From positions 83,875 to 147,874 of the forward strand of contig DATAJX010000001.1 of NCBI GenBank assembly GCA_036261915.1: 64,000 nt of DNA, read 5' to 3'. Below are positions 46,581-56,034 of this stretch, piece by piece (positions within the stretch are counted from its first letter, which is position 1; each line of letters starts with the position of its first letter). The notes beneath the pieces are model-generated. The model saw only the letters and a list, made by a program, of their open reading frames with translations. It made no database searches and was not told the origin of the DNA. This DNA comes from Alphaproteobacteria bacterium. Its GTDB lineage: Bacteria > Pseudomonadota > Alphaproteobacteria > UBA2136 > UBA6156. A program made the position numbers and the translations under genes.

Positions 46581-47363
46581 GTGTCCGTTTCGCCCGATAA
46601 AAAGCTGGGCCAGCATTTTTTGCACGACGCCCGGGTGGTCGAGCGCATCGCCACCTCCATTGCGGGGCTCTTGAAGCCCGGCAACCTGCTGCTCGAGATC
46701 GGCCCCGGCACCGGCGCGCTCACCAGGCCGCTGCTGGCGCTCAACCACCCCATGGTCCTGCTCGAAAAAGACGCCCGCTGCGTCGAAGCCCTGCAACCGC
46801 TGCTGCACGGCCGCCCCGACATCACCCTCAACCAGGCCGACGCGCTGGAAGCCGACTGGCCCGCACTGCTGCAAAACCGGCCCACCGTGGTGGTGGGTAA
46901 CCTGCCTTACAACGTGGGCACCGAGATCGTAGCCGACCTGTTACACGTCGCCAACGGTGGAGCACCCATCACCCACATGGTGTTCATGCTGCAAAAAGAG
47001 GTCGTGCAACGCCTGTGCGCCATTCCCGGCAACGGCAACTGGGGGCGATTGGGCGTGCTGGCCGACGTGCTCAGCGACCGCGGCAAACTGTTCGACGTCC
47101 CGCCCGGCGCCTTCAACCCGCCGCCCAAGGTCATGAGCAGTATCGTTCAACTCACGCCGCTGCCAAAGCCGCGCTTTCCGGTCGATATGAAAAAGCTCGA
47201 CATCCTGCTCCGTACCGCCTTCGGCCAGCGCCGCAAAATGCTGCGCGCCAGCCTGCGCGAAAAACTCGACGAAACCGTTTTTGCAAAACTGAATATCGAC
47301 CCCACCGCCCGGCCCGAAACCCTCACCACCCAGCAGCTCTGCCAACTGGCCAACAACCTGTAA
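46581..47363 (+). CDS. rsmA: 16S rRNA (adenine1518/1519-N6)-dimethyltransferase
   Basis: KKLGQHFLHD N-terminal motif, SAM-binding EIGPGTGALT, NLPYNV motif. Confidence 0.9.
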   Translation: MSVSPDKKLGQHFLHDARVVERIATSIAGLLKPGNLLLEIGPGTGALTRPLLALNHPMVLLEKDARCVEALQPLLHGRPDITLNQADALEADWPALLQNRPTVVVGNLPYNVGTEIVADLLHVANGGAPITHMVFMLQKEVVQRLCAIPGNGNWGRLGVLADVLSDRGKLFDVPPGAFNPPPKVMSSIVQLTPLPKPRFPVDMKKLDILLRTAFGQRRKMLRASLREKLDETVFAKLNIDPTARPETLTTQQLCQLANNL

Positions 47364-47366
47364 AAA

Positions 47367-47390
47367 AGCCCCCGGGAAGGGGGCTTTTTA
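47367..47390. terminator. Bidirectional terminator between rsmA and ppiA
   Basis: AGCCCCC-gggaa-GGGGGCT hairpin flanked by AAAAA / TTTTT. Confidence 0.75.
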
Positions 47391-47402
47391 AACCAAGCAA
47401 TA

Positions 47403-47993
47403 TTACTTGGTCTTGGCAGCGGTCTTGCTGGGCTTGGCCTTGGCTTCGTCGCTGGCCACGGTCATCTTCACGATCTTGTCCGGGTCGGTCACGGCGCCGT
47501 TGTCGTAGGGGTCGCCTTTCTTGATGTTGTCGACGTACTGCATGCCGTCGATCACCTTGCCCCACGCGGTGTACTGGCCATCAAGCCCGCCGTTGTCGGC
47601 CAGCATGATGAAGAACTGCGCGTTGGCGCTGTCCGGGTTACCGCTGCGCGCCGCGCTTACAATGCCGCGGGCGTGATGAATGTCGTTGAATTCGGCCTTC
47701 AGGTCGGGCTTGTCGCTGCCGCCCATGCCGTCGCCGCGGGGGCTGCCGGTCTGGGCCATAAAGCCGGCAATAACGCGATGCCACAGCTTGCCGTTGTAGT
47801 AGCCTTCGCGGGTCAGTTCCTTCACGCGGGCCACATGGTTGGGGGCCTTGGCGGGATACATTTCAATCACCACGCGGCCGTCCTTCAGGTCCAGGTACAG
47901 CGTGTTATCGGGGTCGGTGATCGCGGGTGCGGCATTGGCTTTGGCCATGAACAGTGCTCCTAATACGGTTGCAAAAAAGACGGCTTTTTTCAT
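47403..47993 (-). CDS. ppiA: Periplasmic cyclophilin-type peptidyl-prolyl cis-trans isomerase
   Basis: Signal peptide; cyclophilin motifs (YNGKLWHRVIAGFMAQTG, FFIML.D...LDGQYTAWGKV). Confidence 0.85.
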   Translation of the reverse strand: MKKAVFFATVLGALFMAKANAAPAITDPDNTLYLDLKDGRVVIEMYPAKAPNHVARVKELTREGYYNGKLWHRVIAGFMAQTGSPRGDGMGGSDKPDLKAEFNDIHHARGIVSAARSGNPDSANAQFFIMLADNGGLDGQYTAWGKVIDGMQYVDNIKKGDPYDNGAVTDPDKIVKMTVASDEAKAKPSKTAAKTK

Positions 47994-48016
47994 TTTTATG
48001 CTCTCTGTGTTTTATC

Positions 48017-48106
48017 TGGCGGAGAGGAGAGGATTCGAACCTCCGAAGGTGTTACCACCTCAACGGTTTTCGAGACCGCCGCATTCGACCACTCTGCCAC
48101 CTCTCC
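48017..48106 (-). tRNA. tRNA-Ser (CGA)
   Basis: RC GGAGAGGTGGCAGAGTGGTCGAATGCGGCGGTCTCGAAAACCGTT...GGTTCGAATCCTCTCCTCTCCGCCA; anticodon loop CTCGAAA; long variable arm; 90 nt. Confidence 0.9.
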
Positions 48107-48155
48107 GCGCGGGTAGCGAATTAGCATTTTGTACGCGGCTTGTCATCAACCCCCG

Positions 48156-48180
48156 CAAAAAAGGGGCCACGGCCCCTTTA
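48156..48180 (-). terminator. Terminator downstream of DUF4142 gene
   Basis: AGGGGCC-acg-GGCCCCT hairpin with A-tract on + side. Confidence 0.6.
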
Positions 48181-48192
48181 AATCGCAGCCGG

Positions 48193-48696
48193 CTATTGCG
48201 CCAGCTTGGTGGCCATATCCAGGTGCTTGCGCAGCGTGGGCAGGGTTTTGGCGGCATATTCGCTCACCACGCCGTCCTTGGCCTTGGCTTCCTTTTCGTA
48301 CATCGCAATGTCGTCCTTGTGGTCCTCTATCGCGTGCTCGGTAAAGGCCTGGTCGAACTGCGTGCCCTTCAGTGCCGCAAGCTTGTAGTACATGTCTTGT
48401 TGCGCCTTGCTGGGCTCGGTGGGCACCGGCTGGCCGATGGCGGTGGCGGCCACGGCAGCCGCACGGTAGGCGGCCGAATGGTCAGCCCGCAGCGTGGTGC
48501 CAAAACTCTTCACCTTGGGGTTGTCGCTGTTCTGTTCGGCCAGCTTGCCCATGTTCACTTCGGCCAGGTTGCCTTCAAGCGCACTGGTAATGAACTTCTC
48601 GGCGCTGCCCTCGGCCACGGCGGTGGCGGCGCTAAATATGCCAATGCCCACCAGCGCGGTGGTGTAGGTGCCAAACTTCAGGGTGGGGAACTTCAT
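48193..48696 (-). CDS. DUF4142 domain-containing secreted protein
   Basis: Signal peptide then two DUF4142-like repeats (KFITSALEGNLAEVNMGKLAEQ...; FDQAFTEHAIEDHKDDIAMYEKEAKAKD). Confidence 0.65.
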   Translation of the reverse strand: MKFPTLKFGTYTTALVGIGIFSAATAVAEGSAEKFITSALEGNLAEVNMGKLAEQNSDNPKVKSFGTTLRADHSAAYRAAAVAATAIGQPVPTEPSKAQQDMYYKLAALKGTQFDQAFTEHAIEDHKDDIAMYEKEAKAKDGVVSEYAAKTLPTLRKHLDMATKLAQ

Positions 48697-48773
48697 GCGG
48701 TTTCTCCTTGTTACCTCGCCAGCCTGACGGCGATGCGGTAAAAAGTCTGTAAGGGTAAGCGCACCTGCGCATA

Positions 48774-48809
48774 AAAAACGGCCCCGGTTTTACGGGGCCG
48801 CCTTTTTCA
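48774..48809 (-). terminator. Terminator downstream of MazG-like gene
   Basis: CGGCCCCG-gtttta-CGGGGCCG hairpin flanked by AAAAAA / TTTTT. Confidence 0.65.
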
Positions 48810-49211
48810 TTTTTTCACCAGCGGGGTTTTGTGGGGCTCAAGGGCAAACATATCGTCAAACCGGCTACCCGGCGGGCAATGGGCCAGGGTTACGTAGTTC
48901 TTTCTCGAAAACCCACCGCGCTCCCTGAACTTGGCCGAACGCATCTGTTCCATCTCGGCCAGCGTGTAGTTGCTTTCGCGGCAGATCTCGCGCACCACCT
49001 CAATAATGTCGGCAAGCTCCTCAACGCGTTTCTTGGGGTTGGTGGCGGCCTTCATCTCGGCCACTTCCTCACCCAGTTTGGCATGCAGTTTTTGCAGGTA
49101 TTCTTCACGTTCAAGCGGTTCGGCAACCTGCACCTGCACGTCGTCGGCCTGCATCCGTGCAATGTCGTTTTTGCGCACCAGTTTGTTCAGGGTATAAGTG
49201 TTCAGCCGCAT
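48807..49211 (-). CDS. All-alpha NTP pyrophosphohydrolase (MazG/HisE-like) family protein
   Basis: LNKLVRKNDIARMQ...EEYLQKLHAKLGEEVAEM....EELADIIEVVREI pattern of MazG-like nucleotide pyrophosphohydrolases; GGAGGG RBS 8 nt upstream of ATG 49211. Confidence 0.5.
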   Translation of the reverse strand: MRLNTYTLNKLVRKNDIARMQADDVQVQVAEPLEREEYLQKLHAKLGEEVAEMKAATNPKKRVEELADIIEVVREICRESNYTLAEMEQMRSAKFRERGGFSRKNYVTLAHCPPGSRFDDMFALEPHKTPLVKK

Positions 49212-49276
49212 GGGAAGGGCCCTCCGGTAAAACGGGAAAAATGATGCCCCTGTATACCTCATCCGGCCCGTAAAGA

Positions 49277-49298
49277 AAATGGCGGAAGCGGTGGGATT
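49277..49298. repeat. 22-bp direct duplicate of the tRNA-Ser(TGA) 3' end (att-like)
   Basis: AAATGGCGGAAGCGGTGGGATT at 49277..49298 is identical to 49321..49342 (RC of the tRNA acceptor/T-stem 3' end incl. CCA). Confidence 0.7.
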
Positions 49299-49323
49299 AC
49301 CGATCGCCCCCGCTCCCGCAAAA

Positions 49324-49411
49324 TGGCGGAAGCGGTGGGATTCGAACCCACGGATGGTTGCCCATCAGCGGTTTTCAAGACCGCCGCAATCGACCACTCT
49401 GCCACACTTCC
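49324..49411 (-). tRNA. tRNA-Ser (TGA)
   Basis: RC GGAAGTGTGGCAGAGTGGTCGATTGCGGCGGTCTTGAAAACCGCT...GGTTCGAATCCCACCGCTTCCGCCA; anticodon loop CTTGAAA; long variable arm; 88 nt. Confidence 0.9.
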
Positions 49412-49480
49412 GCCGCCCTTCTAGCATACAATGCCCAAAACCACATAGAGCCTGTACAAATTTACGTGGTAAAAAACCCC

Positions 49481-50455
49481 ATGCAAAAACATCTGGGGTT
49501 GTTGTTTGTGGTGCTGCTGGCCGGTTGCGCCAATGCGCCGTCCGAAAAAGCAGGTACTGCCGGCAGCACCGCACCGTCGGCCGCCAATGCCGATTTCACC
49601 CGCTTCTACAAGCAGTTCAGGGCCACGCTCAGTCCCAGCCAGGCCAAACTGTTCACCGATAGCTTCAACGGCAACGTGGTGCCCTACCGCGTGGCGCAAA
49701 AGGCTGCCAGGTCGCAACCCGAACTCACCAAAACGTTCGAGGAATACGTCGGCCCTATGCTCAAGGCCGAACGCGTCTCCGTCGCCCGTGCCAGGCTCGA
49801 AGAGAACCGCGACGTGCTGGAACAAATAGCCCTTAAAACCGGTGTCCCGCCCGAAGTGGTGATCGCGCTCTGGGGCATCGAAACCAACTTCGGCAACTCG
49901 CAGGGCAAGCACCCGGTCATCCCGGCGCTGGCCACGCTGGCGTGGGAATCGCACCGGCAGGAGTTCTATCAAAAAGAACTCCACGCCGCACTCGACCTCA
50001 CCGAGCAGAACAACTTCGGGCCCGACATCAAAGGCAGCTGGGCAGGGGCCTTGGGCCAGCCGCAGTTCATGCCCAGCACCTACTTGCGCGCGGGGGTCGA
50101 TGGCGACGGTGACGGCCGCGTCGATCTGTTCAACGACCTGCCCGACGTCTTCGCCAGCACCGCCAACCTGCTCAAACTCAACGGCTGGAAACGCGGGCTG
50201 GCGTGGCGCATCACGCTGCCCGAAAACGCCCCGGCTCCTAACCTGAAACTCAACGAGCGCGGCCTGTCCGAACCGTTCGATCCCAGCGGCTACAAACTGG
50301 CCGGCATCGCCGGTGGCGAAAAGTACCGCTATTACCGCCCCACCAGTGGCCCGGCGTTTTTGCTCGGCCCCAACTTCACCGCCGTGCTGCGCTGGAACAA
50401 CTCCAGTTACTTCGCCTATTCGGTGCTGGCCCTGGCCGATATGTTGAAGGATTAA
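49481..50455 (+). CDS. mltB: Lytic murein transglycosylase (MltB/SLT_2 family) lipoprotein
   Basis: Lipoprotein signal MQKHLGLLFVVLLAGCAN; MltB-like blocks (GVPPEVVIALWGIETNFG, GALGQPQFMPSTY, DGDGDGRVDL). Confidence 0.8.
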   Translation: MQKHLGLLFVVLLAGCANAPSEKAGTAGSTAPSAANADFTRFYKQFRATLSPSQAKLFTDSFNGNVVPYRVAQKAARSQPELTKTFEEYVGPMLKAERVSVARARLEENRDVLEQIALKTGVPPEVVIALWGIETNFGNSQGKHPVIPALATLAWESHRQEFYQKELHAALDLTEQNNFGPDIKGSWAGALGQPQFMPSTYLRAGVDGDGDGRVDLFNDLPDVFASTANLLKLNGWKRGLAWRITLPENAPAPNLKLNERGLSEPFDPSGYKLAGIAGGEKYRYYRPTSGPAFLLGPNFTAVLRWNNSSYFAYSVLALADMLKD

Positions 50456-50459
50456 ACAT

Positions 50460-51488
50460 ATGCGCTTCGCCCCCCTCGCTGCCACCGCCCTGCTGTTCAC
50501 GGCCTTAGGCGGATGCACCGAACTCCAGGTCGCCTCGCACCTGTTCAAACGCAGCAGTTCCGGTTGCGCGGCCGAAGGCATGAACAAGGTGGGCGAGCCT
50601 TATATGGTCGACGGCGTGCGCTACACCCCGGCAGGCAGCAGCGCGGGCTATAAAGAAAAAGGCATCGCCAGCTGGTACGGAGACGATTTCCACGGCAAGG
50701 CCACCGCCAACGGCGAGTGCTACAACATGTACGCCTATACCGCCGCCCACAAAACGCTGCCGCTGCCCACCGTGGTGCGGGTCACCAATCTCGAAAACAA
50801 CAAAAGCGTGGTGCTGAAGGTGAATGACCGCGGCCCGTTCGTGCGCGGCCGCCTGATCGACCTGAGCTACGCCGCCGCCCAAAGCCTCGACATCGTCCGC
50901 ATGGGCAGCGCACCGGTCATGGTCGAAGCCATCGGCGGGCCGTTCAACGGGTCTAATGCTGCCAGTGCCAGCGCGCAAATGGCAGCCACCGGGGGCGGGC
51001 AGGCCGAAACACTCGCCGCCAGCGGCCCCACCGCCGCCGTGGCCGAAGACCTTCCGGCCGATGTGCCCGCGCCCGGCACCGCAGGCGTCGCCGCCATCGT
51101 CAACCCGCTCGACAACATCAAGTCCGGCGTGCCGCCCACCCCGGCCACGGTCGCCAGCGCCAACGCGGGCGTGCCTGCTCCGGCCAAGCCGCAAACCTTG
51201 CCGCCCATCCCCGCCAGCGGCCCCAAACCCGCCACCCTGCCGCTCGAGCATAGCCGCGTGTTCGTGCAGGTGGGCGCCTTCGGCGAAAGCGCCCGCGCCG
51301 CCGACGTCAAGGCCGCGCTCGAAAAGATCGACGCCACCGCCCATTTGCAACAGATCACCAACGCGGCAGGCGCCAGCCTCACGCGGGTGCGCAGCGGCCC
51401 GTATAATAACGTGGCCGAGGCCGAAGCCGCGCTGGCCAGGGTCACCGGCAGCTTCCCCGGCGCCAAGATTGTGGTGGAAAACAAATAA
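50460..51488 (+). CDS. rlpA: Septal ring lytic transglycosylase RlpA (DPBB plus SPOR)
   Basis: Lipoprotein signal ...ALGGCT; DPBB domain (GIASWYGDDFHGKATANGECYNMY...AAHKTLPLPT.VRVTNLENNKSVVLKVNDRGPF); C-terminal SPOR domain. Confidence 0.85.
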   Translation: MRFAPLAATALLFTALGGCTELQVASHLFKRSSSGCAAEGMNKVGEPYMVDGVRYTPAGSSAGYKEKGIASWYGDDFHGKATANGECYNMYAYTAAHKTLPLPTVVRVTNLENNKSVVLKVNDRGPFVRGRLIDLSYAAAQSLDIVRMGSAPVMVEAIGGPFNGSNAASASAQMAATGGGQAETLAASGPTAAVAEDLPADVPAPGTAGVAAIVNPLDNIKSGVPPTPATVASANAGVPAPAKPQTLPPIPASGPKPATLPLEHSRVFVQVGAFGESARAADVKAALEKIDATAHLQQITNAAGASLTRVRSGPYNNVAEAEAALARVTGSFPGAKIVVENK

Positions 51489-51533
51489 CCACTCGCCTTG
51501 CGCGGCAGGGGCCATGGTGGCATTCTGCCGCGC

Positions 51534-52667
51534 ATGAAAAACATCCTTCTCGCCACCAGCGCCCTGGCCCTCATCGTTAATCTCGCCGCTGCCGCCGCAC
51601 CGGCGCCGTTCAGCCTCAACGCCAAGTCGGCCTACGTGTTCCACCCGGCCACCGGCACCGTGCTGCTCAATCAAAACGGCGATCAGCAAATGGGCCCGGC
51701 CAGCCTCACTAAAATGATGACGCTGTACCTCACCTTCCAGGCGCTGAAGGAAGGCCGCCTCAAGCTCACCGACCAACTTCCGGTGTCCGAAAAAGCCTGG
51801 CGCATGGGCGGCAGCAAAATGTTCGTCAAAGTGGGCACTACGGTCGATGTCGAAAGCCTCATCCGCGGCATGGCCATCGTTTCCGGTAACGACGCCTGCG
51901 TGGTGATGGCCGAAAAACTCGGCGGCACCGAAGAAGGCTTCGTGGCGATGATGAACAAAAAAGCCACCGACATCGGCATGACGCACACCAACTTCACCAA
52001 CGCCAACGGCTGGCCCGACCCCGCCGAGCGCACCACCGCGCACGACATGGCGCAACTGCTTACCGCCATTTTCCGCGATTTCCCCGAGTATAAAAAGTAC
52101 ATGGCCGAAGAGGAATTCACCTACAACGGTATCAAGCAGCAAAACCGCAACGGCCTGCTGCACGCCAACGCGGGCGTCGATGCGGGCAAAACCGGCCACA
52201 CCGAAGAGTCGGGCTACCACCTGGCCGCCACGGCGGTCGAAAACAACGAACGCCTCGTCAGCGTGGTCATGGGCACCGACGGCTTCAGCACGCGCGAAGG
52301 CGAAACCCTCAAGGCTTTCCGCACCTTCTTCGCCTCTAACAAAACGGTCAACGTGTTCCAGCCGGGCGACGCCGTGGTCAAAGACGTCCCCGTCTGGGGT
52401 GGCCCGCGCGCCATGACCGACCTCACCGTCGCCGCACCCGTTGGCGTCTACATCAGCCAGCTGGAGCACGAAAAGACCAACGCGCAGGTCAGCTACAACA
52501 AGCCGCTGGTCGCACCTATCGCCGCCGGCACGCCGGTGGGCGAAGTGCGCGTCACGCTCCCCAGCGGGCAGGTGGTCACCAGCTCGCTGGTGGTCGGCAC
52601 GGCCATCCCCAAGGGCGGTTTCTTCACCCGCTTCGCGCAGGTCGTGGCCAGCAAGTTCGGCCACTAA
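51534..52667 (+). CDS. dacC: D-alanyl-D-alanine carboxypeptidase (PBP5/6 family)
   Basis: Signal peptide; SxxK (PASLTKMMT), SGN (IVSGNDA), KTG (GKTGHT) motifs. Confidence 0.85.
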   Translation: MKNILLATSALALIVNLAAAAAPAPFSLNAKSAYVFHPATGTVLLNQNGDQQMGPASLTKMMTLYLTFQALKEGRLKLTDQLPVSEKAWRMGGSKMFVKVGTTVDVESLIRGMAIVSGNDACVVMAEKLGGTEEGFVAMMNKKATDIGMTHTNFTNANGWPDPAERTTAHDMAQLLTAIFRDFPEYKKYMAEEEFTYNGIKQQNRNGLLHANAGVDAGKTGHTEESGYHLAATAVENNERLVSVVMGTDGFSTREGETLKAFRTFFASNKTVNVFQPGDAVVKDVPVWGGPRAMTDLTVAAPVGVYISQLEHEKTNAQVSYNKPLVAPIAAGTPVGEVRVTLPSGQVVTSSLVVGTAIPKGGFFTRFAQVVASKFGH

Positions 52668-52743
52668 TGCCGCTGGCCAACCTGGCGGTATACAGCTATA
52701 ACGGGTTCAACATTCCGAACCCGTTTTTTTAAAGAGGAATCCC

Positions 52744-53394
52744 ATGAAAACAGACCCTCGTTTCATTGTCATCGAAGGCCCCGACGGCGCGGGTAAAACC
52801 ACGCAAATAGGCCTGCTTAAAAAGGCCTTTGCCGCAGTCGGCATCAACGCCGTGTTCCAACGCGAACCCGGCGGCACCAAACTGGGCGAAATGATCCGTC
52901 CCATCGTCAAAACCCACATGTACCCCGGCCTCACCGTGGGGCAGGAGCTGGTGCTGTTCAATGCCTCCCGCATCTCATTCATCTACGAAGTGCTCAAACC
53001 CGCGCTTGAACGCGGCGAGTGGTTCATCGCCGACCGCTACGCCCACAGCACGCTGGCCTACCAAACGGCGGGCGGGCTCGATACCGCGCTGGTAGCCACG
53101 GTGGTCAACGCTGCAGTGGGTGAGGTCTGGCCCCACCTTACGTTCATTTTCGATATTTCGCCCAACGAAGCCCTCAAGCGCAAAGAAGCCAACCCCGAAG
53201 ACGGCACCCGTATGGAAGACAAAGGCCTCGAATTCCACCAGCGCGTGCGCGAAAACTACCTGCTGATGGTCGAAAATAACCCCGACACCACGGTGGTTAT
53301 CAACGCCACCCAAACCGTGGCCCAGGTGCACGGGCAGATGCTGGAGCAGATCAACACCCGCTTCGGTCTCAACCTGCAACCTCAAATATCGTGA
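52744..53394 (+). CDS. tmk: Thymidylate kinase
   Basis: P-loop IEGPDGAGKTT, DRY-like motif (ADRYAHSTLAYQ). Confidence 0.9.
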   Translation: MKTDPRFIVIEGPDGAGKTTQIGLLKKAFAAVGINAVFQREPGGTKLGEMIRPIVKTHMYPGLTVGQELVLFNASRISFIYEVLKPALERGEWFIADRYAHSTLAYQTAGGLDTALVATVVNAAVGEVWPHLTFIFDISPNEALKRKEANPEDGTRMEDKGLEFHQRVRENYLLMVENNPDTTVVINATQTVAQVHGQMLEQINTRFGLNLQPQIS

Positions 53395-53426
53395 CCAAAC
53401 ATGGCCCCACCTGCTAAGGTGGGGCC

Positions 53427-54155
53427 ATGCCAACTTCCATAAGCGCTTTACCCGCCCTCATCGGCCACGCCGACGTCATTAAACAGCTCGAAACCTTGCT
53501 GGCCGCGGGCCGCCTGCCGCACGCGCTGCTGCTGCACGGGCCGCGCGGCATGGGCAAGCGTGTGCTGGCCAACCAGCTGGCCTGGCGGCTTATCGCGGGC
53601 GGGCAGGGGATGCAGGTCAATCAAAACAGCCCCGCCTACCACCAGCTGGCCGCCGGCAGTAACCCCGATTTCCACGTACTGGAGGTGGAGGAAAAAGCCA
53701 AATCCATCAAGATCAAACAGGTGCGCGAACTGCTCGGCAACCTGCTGCGCACCGCCGACACCCAGCGCGTCGTCATCGTCGACAGCGTCGACGACCTCAC
53801 CGACGAATCGCCCCACGTCCTGCTCAAAACGCTCGAAGAACCGCGCCCCGGCCTCACCTTTATCCTCATTTCGCACGGGCTGGGCAACGTGCTGCCCACC
53901 ATCCGCAGCCGCAGCCGGCTGGTGAGGGTAGGGACCCTCAGCGCCACCGAGCAGATGCTGGTGCGCGCCGCCAACCCCAGTTACGCCCCGCCGCCCGAAG
54001 ACGACCTCGTCACGCTCATGCACCAACTGGCCACCAACCCCACACCCGAAAACGCCATGGCCTACCAAAAAATCGCCACGCTGCGCGCTAGGCAGTCAAG
54101 CATGAACCTCCCCGCCGCCCTGGCGGCCGAAGCCGGGCGCCTGCTGGTCAAATGA
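53427..54155 (+). CDS. holB: DNA polymerase III subunit delta-prime (short form)
   Basis: LPHALLLHGPRGMGKRVLA clamp-loader AAA+ motif; conserved tmk-holB-tatD order. Confidence 0.75.
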   Translation: MPTSISALPALIGHADVIKQLETLLAAGRLPHALLLHGPRGMGKRVLANQLAWRLIAGGQGMQVNQNSPAYHQLAAGSNPDFHVLEVEEKAKSIKIKQVRELLGNLLRTADTQRVVIVDSVDDLTDESPHVLLKTLEEPRPGLTFILISHGLGNVLPTIRSRSRLVRVGTLSATEQMLVRAANPSYAPPPEDDLVTLMHQLATNPTPENAMAYQKIATLRARQSSMNLPAALAAEAGRLLVK

Positions 54156-54934
54156 TCGACTCCCACGCCCACCTCACACACCGGCGCTACACGCAGGAAG
54201 AGCCGCCCGCCCCCCCTGCCGATATCCTCAGGCGGGCAGGGGAGGCCGGCATCGAGCAGATCCTCGCCATCGCTTGCGAATTAAACGAGTGGCAGGAAAC
54301 GCTTGCGCTGGCCACCATACATAAAGGCCTGTGGGTCGCTGCCGCATTGCACCCCGGCAGCGTCGATACCGCCGAAATGCTTCCCACGCTTGAAGAACTG
54401 GTGGCACTGGCCGCCCATCCCAAGCTTATCGCTTACGGCGAAACCGGGCTCGATGCCAAAGCGGGCGAGGTGCCTTCACCGTCGCAAACCGGCATGTTCA
54501 TCAAGCACCTCATGGCCGCGCGCCAAACCGGGCTGCCGGTGTGCCTGCACACCCGCGGCGCCGAAGACCTGGTGCTCGACATCCTGCAAGATTTCCCCGA
54601 CGTGAACTTCGTCTACCACTGCTTCACCGGCACCGCCGCGCAGGCTGCGCGGGTGCTCAAACAGGGAGGCTACATTTCGCTGTCGGGCATCGTCACTTTC
54701 AGCAATGCGAAGGACCTGCAAGCCGTCGCCAAAACCATCCCGCCCGAGCGCCTGCTGCTCGAAACCGACGCCCCCTACCTCGCCCCCACGCCTTTCCGCG
54801 GCAAACGCAACGAACCCGCGCTCGTGGCCGAAACCTACAAGTACGTGGCCAACCTGCTGGGCATGCCGCTCACGCAACTGGCGCCGCAGGTTGCAGCTAA
54901 CTTCCACGCGCTGTTCCCGCGTGCCAAACTCTAG
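54152..54934 (+). CDS. tatD: TatD family metal-dependent hydrolase
   Basis: MIDSHAHL, GETGLD, HTRGAED, ETDAPYL motifs of TatD/YcfH. Confidence 0.85.
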   Translation: MIDSHAHLTHRRYTQEEPPAPPADILRRAGEAGIEQILAIACELNEWQETLALATIHKGLWVAAALHPGSVDTAEMLPTLEELVALAAHPKLIAYGETGLDAKAGEVPSPSQTGMFIKHLMAARQTGLPVCLHTRGAEDLVLDILQDFPDVNFVYHCFTGTAAQAARVLKQGGYISLSGIVTFSNAKDLQAVAKTIPPERLLLETDAPYLAPTPFRGKRNEPALVAETYKYVANLLGMPLTQLAPQVAANFHALFPRAKL

Positions 54935-54936
54935 CC

Positions 54937-56034
54937 ATGGCCGCCGATAACAACGACAACAACCAGCCAAAAAAAACCGGTTTCATGGCCGGGTTCAGCA
55001 AGGCCGTGCGCGAGATCTCGGCCGAGATCAAAAAGGATCTCAACAACGCGCCGCCGCCCAAAGCGGGCGAGGGCAGCGGCTACAAAACACCCGATCACCT
55101 GGTCAAGGCCGTCAGCGCGGCGCAAAGCGGGTTGGCCTTTGTCGAAACCCCGGCCGAGCCGGGCGCCACCATTCCGCAGGCGCCGTTGCAACCGCACAAT
55201 TTCAACGTCAAACCACTCAACCCATGGCAGGCTCTGCGCGAATCCGGCAGCCAAAAAAAGTTCGCGACAGACGCGTACTACCACGCCTACACACCGGCCG
55301 ACCTCGCCCACTACGTGCGCCAGCTGCCGCAGGGCGTACCCACGGTCAGCCTGCTGTGCGCCGAGGCGGGCGACGAATTGCTGCTCGAAGGCTTCCAGGC
55401 CACGCTGCGTGCCGTGCCGTCGCTGTTCGGCGCCACCGGCTTCAGCCCGCGCAACCTGCAACCCGATGCCGACACGCTCGACACCACCCTCACCGAACTG
55501 CTCAACAACAATCCCAAGATCCTGGCGGTCGGCCCCGTGGGGCTCGACCTCACCTACACCAGCCACAACCTCGCCCAGCAGGCCGAGCAGATGACCCGCC
55601 AGCTCGAGATCGCCGCCGATTTCGGCCTTCCCGCACTGGTGTTCCAAAACGGCGCGCTCACCGAACTGCGCGATATCTTGGAGCAGGGCATCAGCCTGCC
55701 GCAAAAGCTGGTGTGGCTGAAACCCATCCAGACCGAGGCCGAACTCGAGTTTATTCAAGAGTATAATTTCTACGTGGCCTTCAGGGCCGAGATCACCTGG
55801 CCGAAAGAAACCTTCTACCGCGAGGCGGTAAGGCAAATATTGCCGCACCGCTGGCTGGCCGGGTCGGGCAACTCGCTCAAAAGCACGCACAACCGGGCAG
55901 GCCACTTCAACAGCGCCGCGGGGATGAACGAGATCATCGACACGCTGGCTGAACTCCTGAAGGTCGATGTCAACGCGCTGAAGGAGCGGCTGAACATGAA
56001 CTTCGCCGCGGTCTACGGCCCAGCCGCAGCCTAG
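54937..56034 (+). CDS. Divergent TatD-like paralog with N-terminal extension (metal ligands degenerate)
   Basis: ILAVGPVGLDLTYTSHNLAQQAEQMTRQLEIAADFGLPALVF resembles the TatD core (AIGE.GLD...EQ...F..QL.LA..L.LPV.IH) but lacks the HxH and ETDAP motifs; ~100-aa N-terminal low-complexity extension. Confidence 0.5.
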   Translation: MAADNNDNNQPKKTGFMAGFSKAVREISAEIKKDLNNAPPPKAGEGSGYKTPDHLVKAVSAAQSGLAFVETPAEPGATIPQAPLQPHNFNVKPLNPWQALRESGSQKKFATDAYYHAYTPADLAHYVRQLPQGVPTVSLLCAEAGDELLLEGFQATLRAVPSLFGATGFSPRNLQPDADTLDTTLTELLNNNPKILAVGPVGLDLTYTSHNLAQQAEQMTRQLEIAADFGLPALVFQNGALTELRDILEQGISLPQKLVWLKPIQTEAELEFIQEYNFYVAFRAEITWPKETFYREAVRQILPHRWLAGSGNSLKSTHNRAGHFNSAAGMNEIIDTLAELLKVDVNALKERLNMNFAAVYGPAAA

